In this document: piece after piece, positions 18,207 through 28,118 of the stretch | Numbering within the stretch: the first letter of the stretch is position 1 | How the letters are laid out: every line of letters starts with the position of its first letter | Virus record (IMG/VR): IMGVR_UViG_3300047494_000053 | Location: 1-56,481 of that record | Length of the DNA: 56,481 nt | Direction: 5' to 3' (one strand) | Origin: a virus | The notes under the pieces: model-generated | What the model saw: the letters and a program-made list of their open reading frames with translations, nothing else | Databases searched by the model: none | What the model was told of the DNA's origin: nothing | Program-made: the position numbers and the translations under genes

Positions 18207-18704
18207 TTAAACGACGGCGGACGGGGGGAGCTGTTGCTGGAACCGGCCGGGGATCAGGAAGTAATCCGCCTGCGTGATGTTCGCGGCATTGGACGCGCTG
18301 GTGATGACCTGCACGTAACAGAAGCCGTTGTTGATATCGAGGCAATCTTCAAGGATGACCTCGAAAATGACCTTTTTTGCAGCAATCGCCGCCGACGTCG
18401 CGAACGACGCTGCCGACGTTTGCTGGGTAAGGGTGTCGCCGCCGGCGGCCTGTGCCTGCGCCTGGTTTGCCCAGATGAACGCCGAACCGGAGAGGGCTTT
18501 TGCGCCGGCGCCGGCGGCCGAGGTCGCCTGCTGGAATGTGAGGGTGACGGGCGCGGCATTGCCCTGGTTCACGTTCACAACGACGTAGAGCTTATGCGTG
18601 TTTTTGACGCCGACCCACTGGCCGGAGCGACCCGCGGCGTCGGCCGCGGGTGCAAGCGCCATGACGGGATGACCGTCATAGACGAGGTTGAACTTATTCG
18701 CCAT
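18207..18704 (-). CDS. Putative head decoration / capsid-associated protein, 165 aa
   Basis: Immediately downstream of the major capsid gene. Ala/Gln-rich beta protein. Assignment is by position only. Confidence 0.45.
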   Translation of the reverse strand: MANKFNLVYDGHPVMALAPAADAAGRSGQWVGVKNTHKLYVVVNVNQGNAAPVTLTFQQATSAAGAGAKALSGSAFIWANQAQAQAAGGDTLTQQTSAASFATSAAIAAKKVIFEVILEDCLDINNGFCYVQVITSASNAANITQADYFLIPGRFQQQLPPSAVV

Positions 18705-18767
18705 TTTTCAGAACCTTTCGAGAGGCCTTCCGGCCTGAATGAAGAAAACCGTAGCCGTGCGCAGCGA

Positions 18768-20024
18768 TTAACGCTGCGCGAGCACCACGAACGGGCTCTT
18801 GGTGTTGGCGCCTTTGAAGGGCGTCAACGGGGCGTTCCACATCGGCTGGCCGTCCACACGGTAGATCATGCGGAAGGCCATCTGATCGGTCAGGAACTGC
18901 ACGTGCATCGAGGATGCGGCCTGGATGCCGCCCTTCTCGGCAACGGTGTACTGGCTCATATCGGCCAGCATGATGTCACCAGGCGTGCCCAGCGTGCTCG
19001 CATATTCGACCGGGATAACCGGCCGGCCGAACAGCGTGCTGTAGGGGGCGCTGGAGACGCCGCCCGGCGGCAGGTAAACCGGGACGCCGGCGGTGCCGAT
19101 GACCTGATTGAGTGCGAAAAGCTGCGGCTCGATATCCTGATTGATATACCAGACCGCTTTCGCGCGCGACCGGGCCCACATGCGAGACCACATATTCAGA
19201 ACGTTCGAATAGGTCAGCGTTGCCGCGGCCTGGCCGTTGTCCTTGGGCACCGTGATGAGGCAATTGGAATTCATGATGCCCTGCGGCATGCCGGCGCCGG
19301 TGCCTTCCCAGACCGCGTCCTCGAACATGAACTGCAATTCTTCGCCGAACGCCTGGGTGGCGATCGCGCCGAACAGGTTGGTGTCCTGGAGCAACTCGTC
19401 GGAGGCGTAATAGACCGCCGCCAGTTTCTTCAGGTCCAGAAGCATCAAGCGGAATTTCGGCTTGCTGGCGTTGATCTGGTCGCCTTCACCGATCCAAAAG
19501 GCCTGCACGCCGCCCCAGCGGCTGCCAGTCACGCGGCTCGTTTCGTCGACGGCCGGGATTTTGATGCTGTTACCGGACAACGGCGGCAGGCGGAGGACTC
19601 GCTGGGCGACCTCGCCGATGTCATACATCTTCGTCAGCACGGTGTTGGCAAAATCGGTCTGGACGAGAAAGCCACCGCCGGACGGGTCGATTTCGCCGGA
19701 GCCGACCGGCGCGCGGGTCAAGCGCGCGTCCACAGCGCCGTCCACGCGGGCGGTCATGATGGCCTTGAGCTGCTCGCCGAAATTACGGAAGCCGGTGGCC
19801 GGGTCGCCCGCGCCCTGGCCCGGGTCGCCTGCGCCGTGCGGCGCGGCGAGGCTGCGCTGCGCTTCTTCGGCGATCATTGCGCGCTTGAGCTGGCCCTGCA
19901 GATCGGTGACCACGCCGTGCGCGCGGGTGAACTCGGTTTCGTTGTCGAGATAGTTGGACAGGTCTTCAGACGCCACGCGCAGCGCCTGGCGGATCTCCGG
20001 GATTTTCATGGTAAAAAGCTCCAT
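18768..20024 (-). CDS. Major capsid protein, HK97 family, 418 aa
   Basis: Coiled-coil N-terminal delta-like region followed by an HK97-fold-like body (GGFLVQTDF...WGGVQAFWIGEGD...). Follows the protease. Confidence 0.9.
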   Translation of the reverse strand: MELFTMKIPEIRQALRVASEDLSNYLDNETEFTRAHGVVTDLQGQLKRAMIAEEAQRSLAAPHGAGDPGQGAGDPATGFRNFGEQLKAIMTARVDGAVDARLTRAPVGSGEIDPSGGGFLVQTDFANTVLTKMYDIGEVAQRVLRLPPLSGNSIKIPAVDETSRVTGSRWGGVQAFWIGEGDQINASKPKFRLMLLDLKKLAAVYYASDELLQDTNLFGAIATQAFGEELQFMFEDAVWEGTGAGMPQGIMNSNCLITVPKDNGQAAATLTYSNVLNMWSRMWARSRAKAVWYINQDIEPQLFALNQVIGTAGVPVYLPPGGVSSAPYSTLFGRPVIPVEYASTLGTPGDIMLADMSQYTVAEKGGIQAASSMHVQFLTDQMAFRMIYRVDGQPMWNAPLTPFKGANTKSPFVVLAQR

Positions 20025-20143
20025 CAGGGGGATGCGGCGTCATCGCGACGCGGAAGGCGGCCAGCCCACGGCCTGTCTTGGGCAGCGACCGGCCTTGGCC
20101 GGTATGCGTTCGAGCCGCTCCAGTATTCAGAGAGGCCCGGAAA

Positions 20144-21601
20144 TTATTCGGCGGCGGCTGCCACGGTGGCCGCGGCGATCGCGGCGCGCGCCATGCGCCC
20201 GCGGGCTTGCCTGGCGGCGTCGTCAGGGTCCGGCTGTTGCGTGACCGTGGGCGGGTCGAGCGCGGCCAGCGGATCGAGTGCGGAATCCGGCGCGTTCTGC
20301 CCGACCACGGAGGCAACGCCGTCGGCAGCGGCCCGCATGTGATCGTGCGCGGCGCGCAGCGCGGTCTCGTTACTGGCCGACAATGTCTTGCCGGCGCGGG
20401 CGAGGATCATGTCGGCGAGCACGGCTTGGCCGGCGGCGTTCAACATGCCGCGCCTCAGCAGGGCGGCCATCGCATCGATTTGGAGGCCTTCGACGTTGCG
20501 CACGCGGGCGGCGGCTGCCTGCGGGGCAACGCTGCGGCCGGCGATCATCATCACCGCCGCACGAAGCGCCTGCGCGCCCGTCAAGGCATCCGTGGGCGCA
20601 GCGCGAAGGCTGCCATCCTCACCGCTGAGGCTTTCGATCAGCTCGCCGACCTCCTCGGCCGTGCTTTCGACTAGGAGCTGCCCGGCCGCTTTGATGATGT
20701 CGAGGAGGCGGTCCGGCAATGGCGAGCCGTCGCCTTCCCAGGCGGCCTCCTGCGCCATGCACCATTGTACGAACGACAGGCTGGAAATCAGCGAGGCGAG
20801 CGAGGAGACGTCGTAAAGGTCCCGCACAAGCGGCGCGGCCGGCATCGCGGAGCGCGGCTGCGGAACGTAGGGCGGAATGACCACAGGCGCCGGCGGATCG
20901 GCCGTCACTCCCGGCGCGGGATCGGCGGCGGTGCCGCGGCTGTTTCGTGGCATTTTTGCCTCCCTGCGTAGGTTTTCCAGCTCGCCGCGCGGAATGAGCA
21001 CGGTGTCGCCGCTGTCCAGAATTCGCTCCGCCCATTCGTAGAGCGGCCCGGTATCAATGCCGGAGGCGCGGGCGGTGGCGATCGCGGTGACGTCCGCCGG
21101 CACGGGCACCTGGCTGACCTCGCGCAGCTCCTGCTCCAGGAAGTCGATGCCGCCGGGCCGGCTGCGATCGGTCGAATAGCTCCAGCGTATCGGGTCCCAG
21201 GAGACGGAAACCGAATTCAGAAACCCCCCTTTCACCAGCCGGAAGATCGTGTCCGCGAAGGGATAGGTGTCGGCGTCCGCGTATTCGACGATGCCGCGCA
21301 GCGCGCCGTTCGCCACCGAAACATCGGTCAAGCGGCCGATCGGCGGCTCACTGGATTCGTGCGCCCAGAGAAAAACCGGGTTCGAGCGGAAATTGGTGAG
21401 CTGCCAGCCCGCCGGCGCGATGGTGTGACCGTCACGCGCCACCGCGCCCGTGCTGAGGATGTAGGGGATGACGCGGCCGGCCTGGCGATCGACGGCCGCA
21501 GGGTCAGCGGACGCCAGCCTGAAGATGGAAGCGGCCGGAGCACCGGCATGGTCGGCCACCGCCGTCGCGAATTGCTCGGCGGTGAGAAGGCTACGGGGCA
21601 T
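20144..21601 (-). CDS. Prohead serine protease (HK97/S78-like) with long C-terminal extension, 485 aa
   Basis: ARDGHTIAPAGWQLTNFRSNPVFLWAHESSEPPIGR fits the HK97 prohead protease pattern. About 290 aa of Ala-rich helical sequence follows it. Confidence 0.8.
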   Translation of the reverse strand: MPRSLLTAEQFATAVADHAGAPAASIFRLASADPAAVDRQAGRVIPYILSTGAVARDGHTIAPAGWQLTNFRSNPVFLWAHESSEPPIGRLTDVSVANGALRGIVEYADADTYPFADTIFRLVKGGFLNSVSVSWDPIRWSYSTDRSRPGGIDFLEQELREVSQVPVPADVTAIATARASGIDTGPLYEWAERILDSGDTVLIPRGELENLRREAKMPRNSRGTAADPAPGVTADPPAPVVIPPYVPQPRSAMPAAPLVRDLYDVSSLASLISSLSFVQWCMAQEAAWEGDGSPLPDRLLDIIKAAGQLLVESTAEEVGELIESLSGEDGSLRAAPTDALTGAQALRAAVMMIAGRSVAPQAAAARVRNVEGLQIDAMAALLRRGMLNAAGQAVLADMILARAGKTLSASNETALRAAHDHMRAAADGVASVVGQNAPDSALDPLAALDPPTVTQQPDPDDAARQARGRMARAAIAAATVAAAAE

Positions 21602-21612
21602 CGTGATTCCTC

Positions 21613-23007
21613 TCAGGCCACGCTCTGGTCTGGGTCGGGGTTCGCAGCATCCGGCTGGCCGGCGCCCGGCGGCGCCACGCCTGTTTGATCCGAGCCCGGG
21701 CCGGCCGGGTTCTGGCCGCCCGGAAGCTCGACGCCCTGGAAAACGTCGCTGTCGATCGCCGCCATGTTGACCGGGCGAAAAACCTTGTCGCCGGCGGACA
21801 CGTCTTCGCCTTCCAACGCCGGGCCCAGCTTCTCGAACCGGCGAGCTTCGTTCGTGGTGAGCACGCCCTGCAGACCAAGGCGATACATCTGGAAGCGCGC
21901 CAGAACGTCGCCTTCGAGCAGGATGGCCCGGTCGAAATCCAGCTCGCGGCCATCGGGAATCGCGAAGTGAAACGCCCAGCGGGTGCGCCAGATTTGGATG
22001 TAGGTCGAAAGAGTATTGTTGAAATAGTCCTGCGATTGTTGCGTGATGTTCTGGTTCTGCCCGCGGGTCGTAATCCCGATCATGTGCGGCGGCACCCGCC
22101 AGAGCGCGGCGATTTCCTCTTTCTGGAAATTGCGGCTGGCGATGAACTCAATGTCCTGCGCCGTCATCGTGAGCGGCTGCCATTTGAGGCCCATTTCCAG
22201 CACGGCCGTCTTGCCGGAATTCAGCAGGCCAGCTTGAGCCTGCTGCCAGGACGCCTTTACGCGCTCCGAAACCCCCGGGCCGAGCTTTTGGTCCGTGGTC
22301 AGGATCCCGCCTGGCCGCGCGCCTGACCCCATCCACCGCGCGGCCTGCTGTTCCTGCGCCAGCGCCAGGCCGATCGCTTCGCGGTTGAGCGCGATTTTCG
22401 AAAACCCGAGGAGGCCGTTCGCGGACAGACCCTTCAGGTGGAAGATGTCGTAATCCGGAATGAGCATCGGCTCGTCCCGCAGCACGGCCATTTCGTGCAG
22501 GCCGGCGCGGGTGACGTTCCAGAAAAGGCTACCGTCCGGCGACTCCCAAAGCGAGACGCGGTCGGGATTGATCGGCACGAGATACGCCGGCAGGCCGCCG
22601 CGATCGCGGACGATGACGGCGTAGGCGTTCCCCCGTAGGAGAAGCCCCATCATCATCTGCCCGCAGAACTCCATCCAGGTCTGCCAGGCGTTCGGCGCGC
22701 GGAGAAGCTTCGCCGACGGGTCCCGCCGGTTCACCGTCCTCGCGCCGCTCTCCTGCACGTCCCATAGGGCGGCCGGCAGCTTGGCCAAGTCCTCCGCCAG
22801 GATCGAAACGCACGCCATGACGGCGACGCACGACATGGCGGTCTGCTGGTTGATCTGGATGCCAGTGGCGCTCGGCGAGCTCCAGGTCTGGCTTATCCAG
22901 TTTTCGCCGTCGAAGGTATCGTCAGACGCCCGCCACCGCGTGGAGCGGCTGCCGCCGCCCGCCATGAAGGCAGCCGCCGCGCCGCGAACGGCGGATAGGA
23001 AAGACAT
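21613..23007 (-). CDS. Portal protein, HK97 family, 464 aa
   Basis: Sits between TerL and the protease. Portal-like motifs are present (GNAYAVIVRD, PINPDRV, GILTTDQKL, FIASRNFQKEEIA). Confidence 0.9.
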   Translation of the reverse strand: MSFLSAVRGAAAAFMAGGGSRSTRWRASDDTFDGENWISQTWSSPSATGIQINQQTAMSCVAVMACVSILAEDLAKLPAALWDVQESGARTVNRRDPSAKLLRAPNAWQTWMEFCGQMMMGLLLRGNAYAVIVRDRGGLPAYLVPINPDRVSLWESPDGSLFWNVTRAGLHEMAVLRDEPMLIPDYDIFHLKGLSANGLLGFSKIALNREAIGLALAQEQQAARWMGSGARPGGILTTDQKLGPGVSERVKASWQQAQAGLLNSGKTAVLEMGLKWQPLTMTAQDIEFIASRNFQKEEIAALWRVPPHMIGITTRGQNQNITQQSQDYFNNTLSTYIQIWRTRWAFHFAIPDGRELDFDRAILLEGDVLARFQMYRLGLQGVLTTNEARRFEKLGPALEGEDVSAGDKVFRPVNMAAIDSDVFQGVELPGGQNPAGPGSDQTGVAPPGAGQPDAANPDPDQSVA

Positions 23008-23016
23008 CGGCGGCTC

Positions 23017-24726
23017 CTACCAAACTTGAATGTCGAGAACCTGCCCTCCGCCATCGGCCTGCCAGCGCATGAGCAATCCCATCGCAGACATCAGCGCCAC
23101 GGGATTATCGATTTTCAGCTCGGGCTTTTGCTTGGCCGGCTTGACGTTGTCATTGCCATCCGGAATGCCGATCACGTTCGACATCTGCCACGTCATCGGA
23201 TCGGTCGGCCCGCAATCGTGCTCGAGCTTGCCTTCCTGGATGAGCGCGTCGAGCTGCTTCATCGGCTCGGAAACATTGGCGAAAAGCGGCCGGAACTCCT
23301 GGCATGGCACTCCGGCCTCCACCAGGTTCGTTATCAGCATGTGGGCCTGCCACGGGTCATAGGCGAGGCCCTCCACCTGGAACCGCCCAAACAGGTCCTT
23401 CACATCGGCTTCGATGCGGGAATAATCCGTCATGTCGCCGGGCGTCACCACAAGCCGGCCGGCCAGATCCCATGCGCCGTAGTGTTGCAGCGCCGGGTCA
23501 TGCGCCTTGGCCTCCGGCAGGTAGGAAAATCCGTGGCGGGCGTAGCGGCCGTCCTCCAGCGGGAAAATCAGCTCGAGCGCGGCGATGTCGACCTTGGCCG
23601 CCAGGTCCAGGCCGAGGAAGCAAGTCTGGCCTTCCAGATCCTCCAGGCTCGGCGCCTTCGGGCACTCCGCCCATTTCTGCATGTTGAAGTAGCCGCTTCG
23701 GCTGTTCACCCAGACATTCAGGTGCTTCGTCTTGAACACGGCCTGCTTGCGGGGATTTGTCATCGCCTCCCGCTGGCGCGCGATCAAGAAGTCAGCCTTT
23801 ACCGAAATCCCGAAATTCGGATTCGCCTTCCGCAGGACGTCGGGCGAGGTCCAATCGTCGCCCTCGTCGATGGTGTAGATGATGCCCCAGAACTCATCGT
23901 CCTCGATCGAGCCCTCAAGGATCTTCTGGAGCGTGAGCTGCTCGTCGTAGCAGGGCCCGGATATGTTATCGCCGGCGGTGGTGATGATCCATGCGAGCGG
24001 CTGCTGCCGGGCGCCCATGCCCGTCACCATGGTATCGAGCTGCTCGGACGTTTGGTGCTCGTGGTACTCGTCGATGATGGAGCAGCTCGCCGAGGCGCCG
24101 TCGCCAGGCTTGCCGATCAGCGGCTCGAATTTGCTGGCCGTCTTCGGGATGCTGATATTCGAGACGTTCACGACCATGCCGAAAAACCGCCGCATGTCCG
24201 GGCGGCCGTTGGCCATGATCTTCGCGGGCGTAAAAACCTCGCCGGCCTGGATTTTCGACGTAGCGCCTGAGTAGACCTCGGCGCCGTGCTCGCCATCCCC
24301 GGCCAGCATGTAAAGCCCGACGGCCGCGCTCTCGGCGCTTTTGCCGTTCTTCCGCGGCACAACGGTCATTGCCTTGCGGAACCGGCGGAAGCCGGTGTCG
24401 CGGTGCACCCAGCCGAAAATGCAAGTCAGGCGGAAGCACTGCCAGCCCTCAAGGTGGAGCAGCTCCCCGGCCTGGGCCCACTCGCCCTTCGTGTGCGGGA
24501 GCTTCTCGACGAAATTGCAGACCTTCTCCGCCTTTTTCGAATCGAAGGTGAACCGCCAGCCCTTTGCGGCCCGCGCCAGGTCTCGCCGGTGGCGCTTGAT
24601 GGCCAGGTGTACAAATCGGCCGGCAGGTATTTCGCCGGTGAGCACCGCGTCGCCATAAGCGATCGCGGCGGCTACGTGCGGATATTCAGGTGTCTCCGGC
24701 GGGGGCGTGCGTTTGGCCGGCGGCAT
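23017..24726 (-). CDS. terL: Terminase large subunit, 569 aa
   Basis: Terminase_1-like. ATPase region VVPRKNGKSAESAA (Walker A-like) and IIDEYHEH (Walker B). Nuclease-like C-terminal half. Confidence 0.95.
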   Translation of the reverse strand: MPPAKRTPPPETPEYPHVAAAIAYGDAVLTGEIPAGRFVHLAIKRHRRDLARAAKGWRFTFDSKKAEKVCNFVEKLPHTKGEWAQAGELLHLEGWQCFRLTCIFGWVHRDTGFRRFRKAMTVVPRKNGKSAESAAVGLYMLAGDGEHGAEVYSGATSKIQAGEVFTPAKIMANGRPDMRRFFGMVVNVSNISIPKTASKFEPLIGKPGDGASASCSIIDEYHEHQTSEQLDTMVTGMGARQQPLAWIITTAGDNISGPCYDEQLTLQKILEGSIEDDEFWGIIYTIDEGDDWTSPDVLRKANPNFGISVKADFLIARQREAMTNPRKQAVFKTKHLNVWVNSRSGYFNMQKWAECPKAPSLEDLEGQTCFLGLDLAAKVDIAALELIFPLEDGRYARHGFSYLPEAKAHDPALQHYGAWDLAGRLVVTPGDMTDYSRIEADVKDLFGRFQVEGLAYDPWQAHMLITNLVEAGVPCQEFRPLFANVSEPMKQLDALIQEGKLEHDCGPTDPMTWQMSNVIGIPDGNDNVKPAKQKPELKIDNPVALMSAMGLLMRWQADGGGQVLDIQVW

Positions 24727-25286
24727 TAACCGAATTCAGCCCACGGGCTTACCTTGTTGCCCGCGCCAACGTTGCCTGCGCCCGGTTCGCCCACTGAAAT
24801 GCGGCTGCGGCTGGACGGCGTGAAGCCCATCTCGGCGCCGGCCTTCATCATGATTTCGGCCTGCCGATTAAGGATTGCCAAGCACGGGTGCTGATAGGGC
24901 GTGCCGCCTTCCTTGCTTTTCAGCAGCAAATCCTCGCGGGCCAGCGTTTCATTGCACTGCCGGTGAATGCCGCGGGCTATGACCCAGATCGCCAGAACGT
25001 CCCGATCAAGCATCGTCAGAAGGCCTGCAGGCGCGTTCGCGATCGCGTAGGTCCAATCGAGCGATTGGCTTTCGGTCAGATGGGCCGGCGGCTCGAACAG
25101 ATCGCCTGCAGGCAGCGGCTCACTGAGGTTGATAGGCCGCTTGCCCGCGTTGCCCTGCAGCAACCGCAGCGACGTCGGCTTTGGCTTTCGGCCCTGACCC
25201 GCCACAGATGTTCCCCAGTGATGTGTAAGCCGCAGTGCGGCGGTCGCCCCCCAGCCGTCAGTGCGGCTTGCGGAAGCACTGGCCAT
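24726..25286 (-). CDS. terS: Terminase small subunit, P27 family, 186 aa
   Basis: GRKPKPTSLRLLQGNAGKRPINLSEP is the P27-family N-terminal signature. Its stop overlaps the terL start. Confidence 0.85.
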   Translation of the reverse strand: MASASASRTDGWGATAALRLTHHWGTSVAGQGRKPKPTSLRLLQGNAGKRPINLSEPLPAGDLFEPPAHLTESQSLDWTYAIANAPAGLLTMLDRDVLAIWVIARGIHRQCNETLAREDLLLKSKEGGTPYQHPCLAILNRQAEIMMKAGAEMGFTPSSRSRISVGEPGAGNVGAGNKVSPWAEFG

Positions 25287-25303
25287 GTGTGGATAGTGTG
25301 CAC

Positions 25304-25516
25304 ATGACAGCCAATCGACTCGTCGAAATCCTCGACGCCTTGCACTGGACCGTGCGTGGCCTCTCTGTAATCCTCGGCGAGCACCAGACGACGGTGCAGC
25401 GGTGGAAAGAAGGCCGCACGCAGATCCCAGACCCGGTCGCCGCGTGGCTTGAAGCTCGCGCCAGAATTGCGTTCGCCCGTCCGCTGCCGGACGGCTGGCC
25501 CCGCGCTAAGGGGTGA
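25304..25516 (+). CDS. Small HTH-like DNA-binding protein, 70 aa
   Basis: LDALHWTVRGLSVILGEHQTTVQRWKEGRTQIPDPVAAWLE fits a common prophage HTH pattern. GC3 is about 76%. Oriented against the surrounding operon. Confidence 0.55.
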   Translation: MTANRLVEILDALHWTVRGLSVILGEHQTTVQRWKEGRTQIPDPVAAWLEARARIAFARPLPDGWPRAKG

Positions 25517-25545
25517 CAGCGATCTCCCAAAAAACGGCGGATCGG

Positions 25546-25776
25546 CTATTTGAATGTGGCGGCGACGGCGTCCGCGATAAGCTCCTCAACGGATTCGCCT
25601 TTGATATAAACGCGCACGCCAATTTTGATGGCCCTCAACCGACCTTCTTTGAGGTTGCGGTAGATCATGCTCCGAGAAAAGCCATGGGACTCCGCCAATC
25701 CCTGGATCGTGTAAAGCCGAGGCTGTTCGGATGACTTCTGCATGCTCATCGTTCCGTGATGTTTCAGGAACGCCAT
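25546..25776 (-). CDS. Excisionase-family (MerR/AlpA-like) HTH protein, 76 aa
   Basis: LYTIQGLAESHGFSRSMIYRNLKEGRLRAIKIGVRVYI matches the HTH_17/excisionase-type motif. Confidence 0.65.
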   Translation of the reverse strand: MAFLKHHGTMSMQKSSEQPRLYTIQGLAESHGFSRSMIYRNLKEGRLRAIKIGVRVYIKGESVEELIADAVAATFK

Positions 25777-25797
25777 GATGCATGAGCAGACGCAGAT

Positions 25798-26736
25798 TTA
25801 TAGGGAAAGACGGCCCGGCTGTTCTTTCCCTGTTTCGGGCGACGTACGTCGCCTTTGAGCAAGGGGATTACGGTGCACTTCGGGGCGCCCGAATCCTGGC
25901 AATATCGTCTGGCCGCCGGCGCCAGCACATTTGCGGCTGTTACAATCGAAGCACGCGCACTGCACGTTGCCGTAGGAATGTGAGCCGCCCTTCGACAGCG
26001 GCACGATGTGGTCGAGGGTGGGCGACCTCGGGTGCGGATGCTTGGCGCGGCGCAGGGTCTTCTTTCCGCAGAGCCCGCACATGAACCCATCGCGGGCGAA
26101 GACCGCCGCGCGGTTGATTGGCTCGTAATCGCAGCCGTATTTCCGTGCCCGGCTTCGATAGTTGCCGCACTTCGTCGCCTTGTTCATGCAGGCGGTGCCG
26201 CAATAAATCCGATACCTCCCTCGGCGGGTCTCTGTGAACGTCACCCCACACATTTGGCAGGGCTTCGAGGTCGGACCCCAAGCCTCCGAAGCGGCGGTTT
26301 TGGCGGCAGCCCTCGCTGCTTTCGAAATGGCCCGTTTCTCGGCGCCGCGCTTCTTGGCTGCCTTAGTCTTGCATTCGGTCCCACAATACTTCGTGGCGCC
26401 AGCGCCCAGAATTTCGCCGCTGCAAAACGCGCAGGCGCGAACTTGAGCGGCCGATCTGGGACCGGGTTTCGGATGCTGCGCCCGTCCCGCGCATGTCTTC
26501 GAGCAGAAAAAATGCGTCATCCTGTTTGGCTTGAATTCGGTTCCGCAGACTTTGCAGTCACGGGGGCCGCCGCGTGTGCCGGCGGCAGCATGCTGGCAAT
26601 CCGCGGAGCAGAATTTCGGAGCGAGCTTCCGGCTGGTGTAAGCCGCGCCGCACTGACTACACGAACGCACGATGCTGCAACGGATGACGCGGCCTGAGGA
26701 GGCAGCTACGCGATCTGCGGGCGGCAAATTGGTCAT
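25798..26736 (-). CDS. HNH endonuclease with four tandem FCS-type zinc fingers, 312 aa
   Basis: C-terminal TLDHIVPLSKGGSHSYGNVQCACFDCNSRK is an HNH motif. The N-terminus carries four repeats of CxxC-x(11-16)-(F/Y)C(S/G)xxC. Confidence 0.85.
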   Translation of the reverse strand: MTNLPPADRVAASSGRVIRCSIVRSCSQCGAAYTSRKLAPKFCSADCQHAAAGTRGGPRDCKVCGTEFKPNRMTHFFCSKTCAGRAQHPKPGPRSAAQVRACAFCSGEILGAGATKYCGTECKTKAAKKRGAEKRAISKAARAAAKTAASEAWGPTSKPCQMCGVTFTETRRGRYRIYCGTACMNKATKCGNYRSRARKYGCDYEPINRAAVFARDGFMCGLCGKKTLRRAKHPHPRSPTLDHIVPLSKGGSHSYGNVQCACFDCNSRKCAGAGGQTILPGFGRPEVHRNPLAQRRRTSPETGKEQPGRLSL

Positions 26737-26990
26737 CTGACCCCCCCACCCTCGTTTACGCGTCCAAAAAAGTTTGTTCCAAACACGCTTGCTGGGACAA
26801 TACCCAATCCGTGCGAACCCCCTTGGCAGGGGGGCGGTAGGGGCACGCCTCTGCTGGGTATCTCAACTCGGGCTCGACGCGTAGGTGCGAGGCAAAGCGG
26901 CGCGGCGTGCTTGTGTGGCGAGGCTGGGCGCCGTTGCGGCTGGGTGGCCGCTGGGGTGGCAGCGGCTCGGTGGCAGGCTGGCGTCCAGCC

Positions 26991-27320
26991 TCAACGTAGC
27001 GTCGTTTTTCCGTAGCCTTGCTCGCGGGCGGTGCGGCGCGAGTGGCACGAGTGGCAGAACGGGCGAAGGTTTGACCACGAAAGCCGCAGGCCCGGGTGGG
27101 CGCGCGCGGACAGGACGTGGTCGGCGTCGGTTGCCGGCTTGCCGCAACCCACCGCGCAGCAGATCGGGTTCGCCGCAAGGAACTGTTTTCGGACGGCCCG
27201 CCAGGCGGCATCGTAGGTGGTATTGTCGGCGGTTTGCTTGGCTCGTCGGGCAGTAGCAGCCGCAACCGGGTCTCTAGGGCGCCATCCGGGCGGGCGAAAC
27301 ATGGGGGGTTTGGTTGGCAT
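26991..27320 (-). CDS. HNH endonuclease (HK97 gp74-like, terminase-associated type), 109 aa
   Basis: YDAAWRAVRKQFLAANPICCAVGCGKPATDADHV...NLRPFCHSCHSRRT fits the phage HNH pattern. Confidence 0.8.
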   Translation of the reverse strand: MPTKPPMFRPPGWRPRDPVAAATARRAKQTADNTTYDAAWRAVRKQFLAANPICCAVGCGKPATDADHVLSARAHPGLRLSWSNLRPFCHSCHSRRTAREQGYGKTTLR

Positions 27321-27404
27321 CGGTCAGCCAATGCCGTCTCGGTTTTGAGCGCGCCGCCCAATTACTCGACGATGACGAAGTGACACCACAGGTTTGTCAA
27401 ACCG

Positions 27405-28118
27405 TCAACACGTTTTTGCGATTGCGGTCGCCACCCGGCCGACGATCGTGGGCGTGTAGACTTCGATAAGCCGATCGAGGACCTGCAGCAGCCGGCCCTT
27501 GGCGGTGTGGTCGGACATGGCGTTTGCCCGCGCGTAGGCGCCGAGCGTCATGGTCACACCGGACGCATCGCCGACAAGCATGGCCAGCAACAGGCGCTCG
27601 CCAGATTTGCCGATCATTCGATGCACGTCGCGCAGGGTGTCCATCGCCACGAGCTGCATTTCCGCTGGGCCGCCGCCTGCCGAACTGCCGCCGCGCACGC
27701 CGGATAGGTCCAAGCCGCTGCCGAACACACCGCGGGCGTGGTCGTAATCGTCGAGGTAGAGCTCGCATACGGCGACGTGCTTCGGGGTGACCTGGTTCGG
27801 GCTGGTTTTTGAGAGGTAAAGCACCGGGTTCGCGCGGCGGAAGCCGTGGCGTTGAAGCGGCTTTTTGGCCTTGGTGTGCACGGATTCCGGATCGTCCCAT
27901 TCGTCGCGCTGCACGAGCGGGCCGCGGATGACGCGCTGCACCGCCTTGCGCCGCTTGACGGGCTTCTCGCCAGGCGCGCCGGCGGTGATGACGTCCTCAA
28001 GCACGTCGCCCACGATGGTTTCATGCTGGACCTCGGGCAGGATCGTCCCGGCAGGCAACTTGGCGATGACGGGCTTTGACTTGATGAGATGGACGGCCTT
28101 ACGCCTGCGCTTGGTCAC
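27405..28118 (-). CDS. Hypothetical protein, 237 aa
   Basis: ORF track. Basic N-terminus. No confident family. Confidence 0.55.
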   Translation of the reverse strand: MTKRRRKAVHLIKSKPVIAKLPAGTILPEVQHETIVGDVLEDVITAGAPGEKPVKRRKAVQRVIRGPLVQRDEWDDPESVHTKAKKPLQRHGFRRANPVLYLSKTSPNQVTPKHVAVCELYLDDYDHARGVFGSGLDLSGVRGGSSAGGGPAEMQLVAMDTLRDVHRMIGKSGERLLLAMLVGDASGVTMTLGAYARANAMSDHTAKGRLLQVLDRLIEVYTPTIVGRVATAIAKTC

